From: Malacoraja senta
Taxonomy: Eukaryota
Direction: 5' to 3'
Assembly: GCA_038087875.1 (NCBI GenBank)
Contig: JAXLNO010000432.1
Coordinates: 1-57,615 of the forward strand
Length of the DNA: 57,615 nucleotides
Position 1 is the first letter of the stretch. Every line of letters begins with the position of its first letter. Shown one piece after another: positions 13,437 to 28,560 of the stretch. Under the pieces are notes generated by a model. The model did no database searches. It was not told the origin of the DNA and saw only the letters and a list, made by a program, of their open reading frames with translations. Made by a program: the position numbers and the translations under genes.

Positions 13437-13492
13437 TTCGCTCCATAGATGCTGCTGCACCCGCTGAGTTTCTCCAGCATTTTTGTGTACCT
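13437..13492. mobile_element. ~56-bp non-satellite insert, probable fragment of an abundant elasmobranch interspersed repeat (Penelope-like terminal repeat region); copy 1
   Basis: TTCGCTCCATAGATGCTGCTGCACCCGCTGAGTTTCTCCAGCATTTTTGTGTACCT replaces about 3 nt (GGA) of a monomer. The insert is seen directly; the family assignment is from recall only. Confidence 0.6.
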
Positions 13493-15466
13493 TTGTGGTG
13501 ACCTTGCCGGATTCGTGGCGACCTTACCGCAAATGTGGCGACCTTGTCTGATTTGTGGCGACCTTGCCGGATTTATGGCGACCTTGTGGGATTTGTGGCG
13601 ACCTTGCCGGATTTATGGCGGCCTTGCCGGAAATGTGGCGACTTTGCCGGACTTGTGGCGACCATGCCGGATTCCTGGCGCTCTTGCCGGAAATGTGGCG
13701 ACCTTGCCGGATTTGTGGCGACGATGCCGGATGTATGGCGACATTGCCGAAATGTTGCGACCTTGCCGGATTTGTGGCGACCTTGCCGGATCTATGGCGA
13801 CCTTGTCGGAAATGTGGCGACCTTGCCGGATTTGACGCCACCTTGCGGGATTTATGGCGATATTGCCGGAAATATGGCGACCTTGCCGGATTTGACGCAA
13901 ACTTGCCGGATTTATGGCGACCTTGTCGGAAACATAGCGACCTTGCCGGATTTGTGGCGACCTTGCCGGATTTATGGCGACCTTGCCGGGAATGTGGCGA
14001 CCTTGCCGGATTTATGGCGACCTTCCCGGACTAATGGCGGCCTAGCCGGAGATTTGGCGACCTTGCCGGATTTGTGGCGACCTTGCCGGATTTATGGCGA
14101 CCTAGCCTGAAATGTGGCGACCTTGACGGATTTGTGGCGACCTTGCCGCATTTATGTCGACCTTGCCGGGGATGTGGCGACCTTGCCGCATTTGCGGCGA
14201 CCTTGCCGGATTTATGTCAAACTTGCCGGAATTGTGGCGACCTTGCCGTAATTGTGGAGGCCATGCCGGATTTAAGGCGACATTGCCGCAAATGTGGCGA
14301 CCTTGACGGATTTATGGCGACCTTGCCGGATTTATTGCGACCTTGCCGGAAATATGTCGACCTTGCCGCATTTGTGGCGACCTTCCCGGATTTATTGCGA
14401 CCTTGCCGGAAGTATGTGGACCTTGCCGCCTTTGTGGCGACCGTGCCGGGTTTATGGCGACCTTGCCTTAAATATGGCGACCTTGCCGCATTTGTGGCGA
14501 CATTGCCGGATTTGTGGCGACCTTGCGGGATTTATGGCGACCTTGACGGGAATGTGGCGACCTTGCCGGATTAGAGGCCACATTGCCGGATTATAGCGAC
14601 CTCGCTGGAAATATGGCGAACTAGCCGGATTTATGGCGACCTTGCCGGAATTGTGGCGACCTTGCCGTAATTGTGGCGACCTTGCCGGATTTAAGGCGAG
14701 ATTGCCGCAAATGTGGCGACCTTGACGGATTTGTGGCGACCTTGCCGGATTTATTGCGACCTTGCCGGATTTATGGGGACCTTGCCGGAAATATGGCGAC
14801 CTTGCTGCATTTGTGGCGACCTTGGCGGATTTATGGCGACCTTGCCGGAAATGTGGTGACCTTGCCGGATTTATGGCGACCATGTCGGATTTGTGGCGGC
14901 CTTGCCGGATTTATGGCGACCTTGCCGTAAATCTGGCGACCTTGCCTGAAATGTGGCGACCTTGACGGATTTCTGGCGACCTTGCCGGATTTATGGCGAC
15001 CTTGCCGGGGATGTGCCGACCATCCAGGATTTGTGGCGACCTTGTCAGATTTCTGGCTACCTGGCCGGAATTGTGGCGACCTTTCCGTATTTGCGGCGAC
15101 CTTAACGGATTTATGGCGACCTTGCCGCAAATGTGGCGACCTTGCCGCATTTGTGCCGACTTTGCCTGATTTATGGCGAACTTGCCGGATTCATGGCGAC
15201 CCTGCCGGCAATGTGGCGACCTAGCCGGACTTGTGGCGACCTTGCCGGATTCATGGCGACCTTGCTGGATTTGTGGCGACCTTGCCGAAGTTATGGCTAA
15301 CTTGATTGAAATGTGGCGACCTTGCCGGATTTGTCGCCACCTTGCCGGATTTGTGGCGACCTTGCCGGATTTATGGCGACCTTGCCGGAAATATGGCGAC
15401 CTTGTCGGATTTGTGGCGACCTTGCCGGAAATATGGCGACCTTGCCGGAAATGTGGCGACCTTGCC

Positions 15467-15522
15467 TTCGCTCCATAGATGCTGCTGCACCCGCTGAGTT
15501 TCTCCAGCATTTTTGTGTACCT
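15467..15522. mobile_element. ~56-bp non-satellite insert, copy 2 (duplicated in the 2,030-bp unit)
   Basis: Identical sequence and junctions to 13437-13492 at an offset of 2,030. Confidence 0.6.
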
Positions 15523-18500
15523 TTGTGGTGACCTTGCCGGATTCGTGGCGACCTTACCGCAAATGTGGCGACCTTGTCTGATTTGTGGCGACCTTGCCGG
15601 ATTTATGGCGACCTTGTGGGATTTGTGGCGACCTTGCCGGATTTATGGCGACCTTGCCGGAAATGTGGCGACTTTGCCGGACTTGTGGCGACCATGCCGG
15701 ATTCCTGGCGCTCTTGCCGGAAATGTGGCGACCTTGCCGGATTTGTGGCGACGATGCCGGATGTATGGCGACATTGCCGAAATGTTGCGACCTTGCCGGA
15801 TTTGTGGCGACCTTGCCGGATCTATGGCGACCTTGTCGGAAATGTGGCGACCTTGCCGGATTTGACGCCACCTTGCGGGATTTATGGCGATATTGCCGGA
15901 AATATGGCGACCTTGCCGGATTTGACGCAAACTTGCCGGATTTATGGCGACCTTGTCGGAAACATAGCGACCTTGCCGGATTTGTGGCGACCTTGCCGGA
16001 TTTATGGCGACCTTGCCGGGAATGTGGCGACCTTGCCGGATTTATGGCGACCTTCCCGGACTAATGGCGACCTAGCCGGAGATTTGGCGACCTTGCCGGA
16101 TTTGTGGCGACCTTGCCGGATTTATGGCGACCTAGCCTGAAATGTGGCGACCTTGACGGATTTGTGGCGACCTTGCCGCATTTATGTCGACCTTGCCGGT
16201 GATGTGGCGACCTTGCCGCATTTGCGGCGACCTTGCCGGATTTATGTCGACCTTGCCGGAATTGTGGCGACCTTGCCGTAATTGTGGAGGCCATGCCGGA
16301 TTTAAGGCGACATTGCCGCAAATGTGGCGACCTTGACGGATTTATGGCGACCTTGCCGGATTTATTGCGACCTTGCCGGAAATATGTCGACCTTGCCGCA
16401 TTTGTGGCGACCTTCCCGGATTTATTGCGACCTTGCCGGAAGTATGTGGACCTTGCCGCCTTTGTGGCGACCGTGCCGGGTTTATGGCGACCTTGCCGTA
16501 AATATGGCGACCTTGCCGCATTTGTGGCGACATTGCCGGATTTGTGGCGACCTTGCGGGATTTATGGCGACCTTGACGGGAATGTGGCGACCTTGCCGGA
16601 TTAGAGGCCACATTGCCGGATTATAGCGACCTCGCCGGAAATATGGCGAACTAGCCGGATTTATGGCGACCTTGCCGGAATTGTGGCGACCTTGCCGTAA
16701 TTGTGGCGACCTTGCCGGATTTAAGGCGAGATTGCCGCAAATGTGGCGACCTTGCCGGATTTATTGCGACCTTGCCGGATTTATGGCGACCTTGCCGGAA
16801 ATATGCCGACCTTGCCGCATTTGTACCGACCTTGACGGATTTATGGCGATCTTGCCGGAAATATGTCGACCTTGCCGCATTTGTGGCGACCTTGCCGGAT
16901 TTATTGCGACCTTGCCGGAAATATGTGGACCTTGCCGCATTTGTGGCAACCTTGCCGGATTTATGGCGACCTTGCCGGAAATATGGCGACCTTGCCGCAT
17001 TTGTGGCGACATTGTCGGATTTGTGGCGACCTTGCCGGATTTATGGCGACCTTGTGGGATTTGTGGCGACCTTGCCGGATTTATTGCGACCTTGCCGGAA
17101 ATTTGGCGACCTTGCCGGACTTGTGGCGACCTTGCCGGATTCCTGGAGCCCTTGCCGGAAATGTGGCGACCTTGCCGGATTTGTGGCGACGATGCCGGAT
17201 GTATGGCGACATTGCCGAAATGTGGCGACCTTGCCGGATTTGACGCCACCTTGCGGGATTTATGGCGACATTGCCGGAAATATGGCGACCTTGCCGGATT
17301 TGACGCAAACTTGCCGGATTTATGGCGACCTTGTCGGAAATATAGCGACCTTGCCGGATTTGAGGCCACCTTGTCGGATTATAGCGACCTCGACGGAAAT
17401 ATGGCGCCCTAGCCGGATTTATGGCGACCTTGCCGGAATTGTGGCGACCTTGCCGTAATTGTGGCGACCTTGCCGGATTTAAGGCGACATTGCCGCAAAT
17501 GTGGCGACCTTGACGGATTTGTGGCGACCTTGCCGGATTTATGCGACCTTGCCGGATTTATGGCGACCTTGCCGGAAATATGCCGACCTTGCCGCATTTG
17601 TACCGACCTTGCCGGATTTATGGCGATCTTGCCGGAAATATGTCGTGCTTGCCGCATTTGTGGCGACCTTGCCGGATTTATTGCGACCTTGCCGGAAATA
17701 TGTGGACCTTGCCGCATTTGTGGCGACCTTGCCGGATTTATGGCGACCTTGCCGGAAATGTGGCGACTTTGCCGGACTTGTGGCGACCATGCCGGATTCC
17801 TGGCGCTCTTGCCGGAAATGTGGCGACCTTGCCGGATTTGTGGCGACGATGCCGGATGTATGGCGACATTGCCGAAATGTTGCGACCTTGCCGGATTTGT
17901 GGCGACCTTGCCGGATCTATCGCGACCTTGTCGGAAATGTGGCGACCTTGCCGGATTTGACGCCACCTTGCGGGATTTATGGCGATATTGCCGGAAATAT
18001 GGCGACCTTGCCGGATTTGACGCAAACTTGCCGGATTTATGGCGACCTTTTCGGAAACATAGCGACCTTGCCGGATTTGTGGCGACCTTGCCGGATTTAT
18101 GGCGACCTTGCCGGGAATGTGGCGACCTTGCCGGATTTATGGCGACCTTCCCGGACTAATGGCGACCTAGCCGGAGATTTGGCGACCTTGCCGGATTTGT
18201 GGCGACCTTGCCGGATTTATGGCGACCTAGCCTGAAATGTGGCGACCTTGACGGATTTGTGGCGACCTTGCCGCATTTATGTCGACCTTGCCGGTGATGT
18301 GGCGACCTTGCCGCATTTGCGGCGACCTTGCCGGATTTATGTCGACCTTGCCGGAATTGTGGCGACCTTGCCGTAATTGTGGAGGCCATGCCGGATTTAA
18401 GGCGACATTGCCGCAAATGTGGCGACCTTGACGGATTTATGGCGACCTTGCCGGATTTATTGCGACCTTGCCGGAAATATGTCGACCTTGCCGCATTTGT

Positions 18501-21500
18501 GGCGACCTTCCCGGATTTATTGCGACCTTGCCGGAAGTATGTGGACCTTGCCGCCTTTGTGGCGACCGTGGCGGGTTTATGGCGACCTTGCCGTAAATAT
18601 GGCGACCTTGCCGCATTTGTGGCGACATTGCCGGATTTGTGGCGACCTTGCGGGATTTATGGCGACCTTGACGGGAATGTGGCGACCTTGCCGGATTAGA
18701 GGCCACATTGCCGGATTATAGCGACCTCGCCGGAAATATGGCGAACTAGCCGGATTTATGGCGACCTTGCCGGAATTGTGGTGACCTTGCCGTAATTGTG
18801 GCGACCTTGCCGGATTTAAGGCGAGATTGCCGCAAATGTGGCGACCTTGACGGATTTGTGGCGACGTTGCCGGATTTATTGCGACCTTGCCGGATTTATG
18901 GCGACCTTGCCGGAAATATGCCGACCTTGCCGCATTTGTACCGACCTTGACGGATTTATGGCGATCTTGCCGGAAATATGTCGACCTTGCCGCATTTGTG
19001 GCGACCTTGCCGGATTTATTGCGACCTTGCCGGAAATATGTGGACCTTGCCGCATTTGTGGCGACCTTGCCGGATTTATGGCGACCTTGCCGGAAATATG
19101 GCGACCTTGCCGCATTTGTGGCGACATTGTCGGATTTGTGGCGACCTTGCCGGATTTATGGCGACCTTGTGGGATTTGTGGCGACCTTGCCGGATTTATT
19201 GCGACCTTGCCGGAAATTTGGCGAACTTGCCGGACTTGTGGCGACTTTGCCGGATTCCTGGAGCCCTTGCCGGAAATGTGGCGACCTTGCCGGATTTGTG
19301 GCGACGATGCCGGATGTATGGCGACATTGCCGAAATGTGGCGACCTTGCCGGATTTGACGCCACCTTGCGGGATTTATGGCGACATTGCCGGAAATATGG
19401 CGACCTTGCCGGATTTGACGCAAACTTGCCGGATTTATGGCGACCTTGTCGGAAATATAGCGACCTTGCCGGATTTGAGGCCACCTTGTCGGATTATAGC
19501 GACCTCGACGGAAATATGGCGCCCTAGCCGGATTTATGGCGACCTTGCCGGAATTGTGGCGACCTTGCCGTAATTGAGGCGACCTTGCCGGATTTAAGGC
19601 GACATTGCCGCAAATGTGGCGACCTTGACGGATTTGTGGCGACCTTGCCGGATTTATGCGACCTTGCCGGATTTATGGCGACCTTGCCGGAAATATGCCG
19701 ACCTTGCCGCATTTGTACCGACCTTGCCGGATTTATGGCGATCTTGCCGGAAATATGTCGACCTTGCCGCATTTGTGGCGACCTTGCCGGATTTATTGCG
19801 ACCTTGCCGGAAATATGTGGACCTTGCCGCATTTGTGGCGACCTTGCCGGATTTATGGCGACCTTGCCGGAAATATGGCGACCTTGCCGCATTTGTGGCG
19901 ACATTGCCGGATTTGTGGCGACCTTGCCGGATTTATGGGGACCTTGCCCGGAATGTGGCGACCTTGCCGGATTTGAGGCCACCATGCCGGATTTTAGTGA
20001 TATTGCCGGTAATATGGCGACCTACCTTGATTTGTGGCCACCGTGCCGGAATTATGGCGACCATGCCGGTAATATGGCGGCCTTGCCGGGTTTGTGGCGA
20101 CCTTGCGGGATTTATGGCGACCTTGACGGGAATGTGGCGACCTTGCCGGATTTGAGGCCACCTTGCCGGATTATAGCTACCTCGCCGGAATTATGGCGAC
20201 ATAGCCGGATTTATGGCGACCTTGCCGGAATTGTGGCGACCTTGCCGTAATTGTGGCGACCTTGCCGGATTTAAGGCGAGATTGCCGCAAATGTGGCGAA
20301 CTTGACGGATTTGTGGCGACCTTGCCGGATTTATTGCGACCTTGCCGGATTTATGGCGACCTTGCCGGAAATATGCCGACCTTGCCGCATTTGTACCGAC
20401 CTTGCCGGATTTATGGCGATCTTGGCGGAAATATGTCGACCTTGCCGCATTTGTGGCGACCTTGCCGGATTTATTGCGACCTTGCCGGAAATATGTGGAC
20501 CTTGCCGCATTTGTGGCGACCTTGCCGGATTTATGGCGACCTTGCCGGAAATATGGCGACCTTGCCGCATTTGTGGCGACATTGCCGGATTTGTGGCGAC
20601 CTTGCCGGCTTTATGGCGACCTTGTGGGATTTATGCGACCTTGCCGGATTTATTGCGACCTTGCCGGAAATATGCCGACCTTGACGCATTTGTACCAACC
20701 TTGCCGGATTTATGGCGATCTTGCCGGAAATATGTCGACATTGCCGCATTTGTGGCGACCTTGCCGGATTTATTGCGACCTTGCCGGAAATATGTGGACC
20801 TTGCCGCATTTGTGGCGACCTTGCCGGATTTATGGCGACCTTGCCGGAAATATGGCGACCTTGCCGCATTTGTGGCGACATTGCCGGATTTGTGGCGACC
20901 TTGCCGGATTTATGGGGACATTGCCCGGTATGTGGCGACCTTGCCGGATTTGAGGCCACCATGCCGGATTTTAGTGATATTGCCGGTAATATGGCGACCT
21001 ACCTTGATTTGTGGCCACCGTGCCGGAATTATGGCGACCATGCCGATAATATGGCGGCCTTGCCGGGTTTGTGGCGCCTTGCTGGAATTATGTCGATCTT
21101 GCGGGAAATATGGCGACTTTGCCGGATTAGTGGCGACCTTGCCGGAAATATGGCGACCTTGTCGGATTTGTGGCGACCTTGCCGGATTTATGGCGACCTT
21201 GCCGGAGTTATGGCGACCTTGCCGGATTTGTGGCGTCCTTGCGGGATTAATGGCGACCTTGCCGGAAATATGGCGACCTCGTCGGGTTTGTGGCGACCTT
21301 CCCAGATTTATTGCGACCTTGCCGGAAATGTGGCGTCCTTGCCGGCTTTGTGGCGACCTTGCCGCATTTATGGCGACCTTGCCGGAAATATGGCGACCTT
21401 GCCGGATTTGTGGCGACCTTGCCGGATTTATGGCGACCTTGCCGTAAATGTGGCGATCTTGCCGGATTTATGGCGACCTTGTCGGATTTGTGACGAACTT

Positions 21501-24500
21501 GCCGGATTTATGGCGACCTTGCCGGAAATGTGGCGACCTTGCCGTATTTGTGGTGACCTTGCCGGATTCGTGGCGACCTTGCCGCAAATGTGGCGACCTT
21601 GTCGGATTTGTGGCGACCTTGCCGGATTTATGGCGACCTTGTGGGATTTGTGGAGGTCTTGCCGGATTTATGGCGACCTTGCCGGAAATGTGGCGACCTT
21701 GCCGGACTTGTGACGACCTTGCCGGATTTATGGCGACCTTGCCGGAAATGTGGCGACCTTGCCGGATTTGTGGCGACGATGCCGGATGTATGGCGACATT
21801 GCCGAAATGTTGCGACCTTGACGGATTTGTGGCGACCTTGCCGGATCTATGGCGACCTTGTCGGAAATGTGGCGACCTTGCCGGATTTGACGCCACCTTG
21901 CGGGATTTATGGCGACATTGCCGGAAATATAGCGACCTTGCCGGATTTGACGCAAACTCGCCGGATTTATGGCGACCTTGTCGGAAATATAGCGACCTTG
22001 CCGGATTTTTGGCGACCTTGCCGGATTTGTGGCGACCTTGCCGGGAATGTGGAGACCTTGCCGGATTTGTGGCGACCTTGCCGGATTTATGGCGACTTTG
22101 CCGGATTTATGGCGACCTTGCTGGAAATATGGCGACGTTGCCCCATTTGTTGCGACCTTGCCGGATTAATGGCGACCTTGCCGGAAATATGTCGATCTTG
22201 CCGCATTTGTGGCGACCTTGCAGGATTTATTGCGACATTGCCGGAAAGATGTCGACCTTGCCGCATTTGTGGCGACCTTGACGGATTTATGGAGACCTTG
22301 CTGGAAATATGGCGACCTTGCCGGAAATGCGTCGACCTTGCCGGATTTGTGGCGACCTTGCCAGATTTATGGCGACCTTGCCGGGAATGTGGCGACCTTG
22401 CCGGCTTTGTGGCTACCTTGCCGGATTTATGGCGCCATTGCCGGGATTGTGGCGACCTTGCCGGATTTGAGGCCACCTTCCGGATTTATGGCGACCATGC
22501 CGGAAATATGGCGACTGCCGGATTTATGGCGACCTTGCCGGATTTGTGGCGACCTTGCCGGATTTATGGCGACTATGCCGGATTTATGGCGACCTTGCTG
22601 GAAATATGGCGACGTTGCCGCATTTGTTGCGACCTTGCCGGATTAATGGCGACCTTGCCGGAAATATGTCGATCTTGCCGCATTTGTGGCGACCTTGCAG
22701 GACTTATTGCGACCTTGCCGGAAAGATGTCGACCTTGCCGCATTTGTGGCGACCTTGCCGGATTTATGGAGACCTTGCTGGAAATATGGCGACCTTGCCG
22801 GAAATGTGGCGACCTTGCCGGATTTGTGGCGACCTTGCCGGATTTATGGCGACCTTGCCGGGAATGTGGCGACCTTGCCGGCTTTGTGGCGACCTTGCCG
22901 GATTTATGGCGCCATTGCCGGGATTGTGGCGACGATGCCGGATGTATGGCGACATTGCCGAAATGTTGCGACCTTGCCGGATTTGTGGCGACCCTGCCGG
23001 ATCTATGGCGACCTTGTCGGAAATGTGGCGACCTTGCCGGATTTGACGCCACCTTGCGGGATTTATGGCGACATTGCCGGAAATATGGCGACCTTGCCGG
23101 ATTGGCGCAAACTAGCCGGATTTATGGCGACCTTGTCGGAAATATAGCGACCTTGCCGTATTTTTGGCGACCTTGCGGGATTTGTGGCGACCTTGCCGGG
23201 AATGTGGAGACCTTGCCGGATTTGTGGCGACCTTGTCGAATTTATGGCGAATTTGCCGGATTTATGGCGACCTTGCTGGAAATATGGCGACGTTGCCGCA
23301 TTTGTTGCGACCTTGCCGGATCTTGCCGGAAATATGTCGATCTTGCCGCATTGTGGCGACCTTGCAGGATTTATTGCGACCTTGCCGAGAAGATGTCGGA
23401 CCTTGCCGCATTTGTGGCGACCTTGCCGGATTTATGGAGACCTTGCTGGAAATATGGCGACCTTGCCGGAAATGTGGCGACTTTGCCGGATTTGTGGCGA
23501 CCTTGCCGGATTTATGGCGACCTTGCCGGGAATGTGGCGACCATGCCGGCTTTGTGGCTACCTTGCCGGATTTATGGCGACATTGCTGGGATTGTGCGAC
23601 CTTGCCGGATTTGAGGCCACCTTCCCGGATTTATGGCGACCATGCCGGAAATATGGGGATCTTGCCGGATTTGTGGCGACCTTGCCGGAATTATGGCGAT
23701 CTTGCCGAAAATATGGCGACCTTGTCGTATCTGTGGCGACCTTACCGGAAATATGGCGATCTTGCCGGATTTGAGGCGACCTTGCCGGATTTATGGCGAC
23801 CTTGCCGGAAATATGGCGACCTTGCCGGATTTGTGGCGACCTTGCGGGATTTATGGCGACCTTGCCGGAAATATGGCGACCTTGCCGGATTTATGGCGAC
23901 CTTGCCGGATTTGAGGCCACTTCCGGATTGATGGCGACCATGCCGGAAAATATGGCGACCCTTGCCGGATTTGTGGCGACCTTGCCGGAATTATGGCGAT
24001 CTTCCCGGAAATATGGCGACCTTGCCGTATCTGTGGCCACCTTGCCGGAAATATGGCGACTTGCCGGATTTGTGGCGACCTTGCCGGATTTATGGCGACC
24101 TTGCCGGAAATATGGCGACCTTGCCGGATTTGTGGCGACCTTGCCGGATTTATGGCGACCTTGCCGGAAATGTGGCGACCTTGCCGGGTTGTGGCGACCT
24201 TGCCGGATTTATGGCGCCATTGCCGGGATTGTGGCGACCTTGCCGGATTTGAGGCCACTTCCGGATTTATGGCGACCATGCCGGAAATATGGCGACCTTG
24301 CCGGATTTGTGGCGACCTTGCCGGAATTATGGCGATCTTCACGGAAATATGGCGACCTTGCCGTATCTGTGGCGACCTTGCCGGAAATATGGCGACCTTG
24401 CCGGAGTTTGTGGCGACCTTGCCGGATTTATGGCGACCTTGCCGGAAATCTGGCGACCTTGCCGGATTTGTGGCGACCTTGCGGGATTTATGGCGACCTA

Positions 24501-26289
24501 GCCGGAAATATGGCGACCTTGTCCGGTTTGTGGCGACCTTGCCAGATTTATTGCGAACTTGCCGGGAATGTAGCGACCTTGCCGGATTTGTGGCGACCTG
24601 GCCGGATTTATGGCGACCTTGCCGGAAATGTGGCGACCTTGCCAGATTTGTGGCGACCTTGCCGGATTTATGGCGACCTTGTCGGGAATGTGGCGACCTT
24701 GCCGGATTTGTGCCGACGTTGCTGATTTAAGGCGACCTTGCCGGAAATGTGGCGACCTTGCCGGATTTGTAGCGACCTTGCCGGATTTATTGCGGCTTTG
24801 CCGGGAATGTGGCGACCTTGCCGGATCTATGGCGACCTTCCCGGAATAATGGCGACCTTACCGTAAATGTGGCGACCTTGCCGGATTTATGGCGACCTTG
24901 TCGGATTTGTGACGTACTTGCCGGATTTATGGCGACCTTGCCGGAAATGTGGCGACCTTGCCGTATTTGTGATGACCTTGCCGGATTTATGGCGACCTTG
25001 CCGCAAATATGGCGACCTTGTCGGATTTGTGGCGACCTTGCCGCATTTATGGCGACCTTGTGGGATTTGTGGCGACCTTGCCGGATTCATGGCGACCTTG
25101 CCGGAAATATGGCGAGCTTGCCGGACTTGTGGCGACCTTGCCGGATTCATGGCGACCTTGCCGGAAATGTGGCGACCTTGCCGGATTTGTAGCGACGATG
25201 ACGGATGTATGGCGACATTGCTGAAATGTTGCGACCTTGCCGGGTTTGTGGCGACCTTGCCGGATCTATGGCGACCTTGTCGGAAATGTGGCGACCTTGC
25301 CGGATTTGACGCCACCTTGCGGGATTTATGGCGACATTGCCGGATATATGGCGACCTTGCCGGATTTGACGCAAACTTGCCGGATTTATGGCGACCTTGT
25401 CGGAAATATAGCGACCGTGCCGGATTTTTGGCGACCTTGCAGGATTGGTGGCGACCTTGCCGGAAATGTGGAGACCTTGCCGGATTTGTGGCGACCTTGC
25501 CGGATTTATGGCGACTTTGCCGGATTTATGGGGACCTTGCTGGAAATATGGCGACGTTGCCGCATTTGTGGCGACCTTGTCGGATTAATGGCGACCTTGC
25601 CGGAAATATGTCGACCTTCCCGCATTTGTGGCGACCTTGCAGGATTTATTGCGACCTTGCCGGAAAGATGTCGACCTTGCCGCATTTGTGACGACCTTGC
25701 CGGATTTATGGAGACCTTGCTGGAAATATGGCGACCTTGCCGGAAATGTGGCGACCTTGCCGGATTTGTGGCGACCTTGCCGGATTTATGGCGACTTTGC
25801 CGGAAAGTGGCGACCTTGCCGAGTTTGTGGCGACCTTGCCGGATTTATGGCGCCATTGCCGGGATTGTGGCGACCTTGCCGGATTTGAGACCACTTCCGG
25901 ATTTATGGCGACCATGCCGGAAATATGGCGACCTTGCCGGATTTGTGGCGCCCTTGCCGGAATTATGGCGATCTTCCCGGAAATATGGCGACCTTGCCGT
26001 ATCTGTGGCGACCTTGCCGGAAATATGGCGACCTTGCCGGATTTATGGCGACCTTGCCGGAAATATGGCGGACCTTGCCGGATTTGTGGCGACCTTGCGG
26101 GATTTATGGCGACCTTGCCGGAAATATGGCGACCTTGTCGGATTTGTGGCGACCTTGCCAGATTTATTGCGAACTTGCCGGGAATGTAGCGACCTTGCCG
26201 GATTTTTGGCGACCTGGCCGGATTTATGGCGACCTTGCCGGAAATGTGGCGACCTTGCCGGATTTGTGGCGACCTTGCCGGATTTATGG

Positions 26290-28560
26290 CGACCTTGTCG
26301 GGAATGTGGCGACCTTGCCGGATTTGTGCCGACGTTGCTGATTTAAGGCGACCTTGCCGGAAATGTGGCGACCTTGCCGGATTTGTGGCGACCTTGCCGG
26401 ATTTATTGCGGCTTTGCCGGGAATGTGGCGACCTTGCCGGATCTATGGCGACCTTCCCGGAATAATGGCGACCTTGCCGGAAATGTGGCGACCTTGCCGG
26501 GTTTGTGGCGACCTTGCCGGATTAATGGCGACCTTGCCGGAAATGTGGCGACCATGCCGGATTTGTGGCGACGATGCCGGATGTATGGCGACATTGCCGA
26601 AATGTTGCGACCTTGCGGGATTTGTGGCGACGTTGCCGGATCTATGGCGACCTTGTCGGGAATGTGGCGACCTTGCCGGATTTGACGCCACCTTGCGGGA
26701 TTTATGGCGACATTGCCGGAAATATGGCGACCTTGACGGATTTGACGTAAACTTGCCGGATTTAAGGCGGCATTGTCGGAAATATAGCGACCTTGCCGGA
26801 TTTCTGGCGACCTTGCCGGATTTGTGGCGACCTTGCCGGAAATGTGCTGACCTTGCCGGATTTGTGGCGACCTTGCCGGATTTATTGCGACTTTGCCGGA
26901 TTTATGGCGACCTTGTTGGAAATATGGTGACGTTGCCGCATTTGTGGCGACCTTGCCGGATTCATGGTGACCTTGCCGGAAATATGTCGACCTTGCCGCA
27001 TTTGTGGCGACCTTGCAGGATTCATTGCGACCTTGCCGGAAATATGTCGACCTTGCCGCATTTGTGGCGAACTTGACGGATTTATGGAGACCTTGCCTGA
27101 AATGTGGCGACCTTGCCGGATTTGTGGCGACCTTGCAGGATTTATGGCGACCTTGCCGGAAATGTGGCGACCTTGCCGGGTTTGTGGCGACTTTGCCAGA
27201 TTTATGGCGCCATTGCCGAGATTGTGGCGACCTTGCCGGATTTGAGGCCACTTCCGGATTTATGGCGACCATGCCGGAAATATGGCGACCTTGCCGGATT
27301 TGTGGCGACCTTGCCGGAATTATGGCGATCTTCCCGGAAATATGGCGACCTTGCCGTATCTGTGGCGACCTTGCCGGAAATATGGCGACCTTGCCGGATT
27401 TGTGGCGACCTTGCCGGATTTATGGCGACCTTGCCGGAAATATGGCGACCTTGCCGGATTTGTGGCGACCTTGCGGGATTTATGGCGACATTGCCGCATA
27501 TATGGCGACCTTGTCGGATTTGTGGCGACGTTGCCAGATTTATTGCGAACTTGCCGGGAATGTAGCGACCTTGCCGGATTTGTGGCGACCTTGCCGGATT
27601 TGTGGCGACCTTGCCGGATTTATGGCGACCTTGTCGGGAATGTGGCGACCTTGCCGGATTTTTGCCGACGTTGCTGATTTAAGGCGACCTTGCCGGAAAT
27701 GTGGCGACCTTGCCGGATTTGTGGCGACCTTGCCGGATTTATTGCGGCTTTGCCGGGAATGTGGCGACCTTGCCGGATCTATGGCGACCTTCCCGGAATA
27801 ATGGCGACCTTGCCGGAAATGTGGCGACCTTGCCGGGTTTGTGGCGACCTTGCCGGATTAATGGCGACCTTGCCGGAAATGTGGCGACCATGCCGGATTT
27901 CTGGCGACGATGCCGGATGTACGGCGACATTGCCGAAATGTTGCGACCTAGCCGGATTTGTGGCGACCTTGCCGGATCTATGGCGACCTTGTCGGAAATG
28001 TGGCGACCTTGCCGGATTTGACGCCACCTTGCGGGATTTATGGCGACATTGCCGGAAATATGGCGACCTTGCCGGATTTGACGTAAACTTGCCGGATTTA
28101 AGGAGGCCTTGTCGGAAATATAGCGACCTTGCCGGATTTCTGGCGACCTTGCCGGATTTCTGGCGACCTTGCCGGAAATGTGCTGACCTTGCCCGATTTG
28201 TGGCGACCTTGCCGGATTTATGGCGACTTTGCCGGATTTATGGCGACCTTGCTGGAAATATGGTGACGTTGCCGCATTTGTGGCGACCTTGCCGGAGTCA
28301 TGCCGACCTTGCCGAAAATATGTCGACCTTGCCGCATTTGTGGCGACCTTGCATGATTCATTGCGACCTTGCCGGAAATATGTCGACCTTGCCGCATTTG
28401 TGGCGAACTTGACGGATTTATGGAGACCTTGCCGGAAATGTGGCGACCTTGCCGGATTTGTGGCGACCTTGCAGGATTTATGGCGACCTTGCCGGAAATG
28501 TGGCGACCTTGCCGGGTTTGTGGCGACTTTGCCGGATTTATGGCGCCATTGCCAGGAATG
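26290..28560 (+). repeat. ~1.34-kb higher-order duplication (boundaries approximate)
   Basis: ORF pairs 26354/27690, 26365/27701 and 26443/27779 are offset by 1,336. Confidence 0.75.

Larger units (their letters stand above)
12735..19860 (+). repeat. ~2.0-2.1-kb higher-order repeat series (boundaries approximate)
   Basis: 12735-14724 ~ 14765-16754 (offset 2,030, both with the 56-bp insert). It continues as ~15640-17740 ~ 17735-19860 (offsets 2,095/2,115, no insert). Confidence 0.85.

Noticed and set aside
21590..23614. CRICGDLAG resembles the start of a nuclear-receptor or CxxC zinc finger
   Set aside because: It is a coincidental translation of the monomer. There is no HYG or CEGCKGFF continuation and it appears in all frames.
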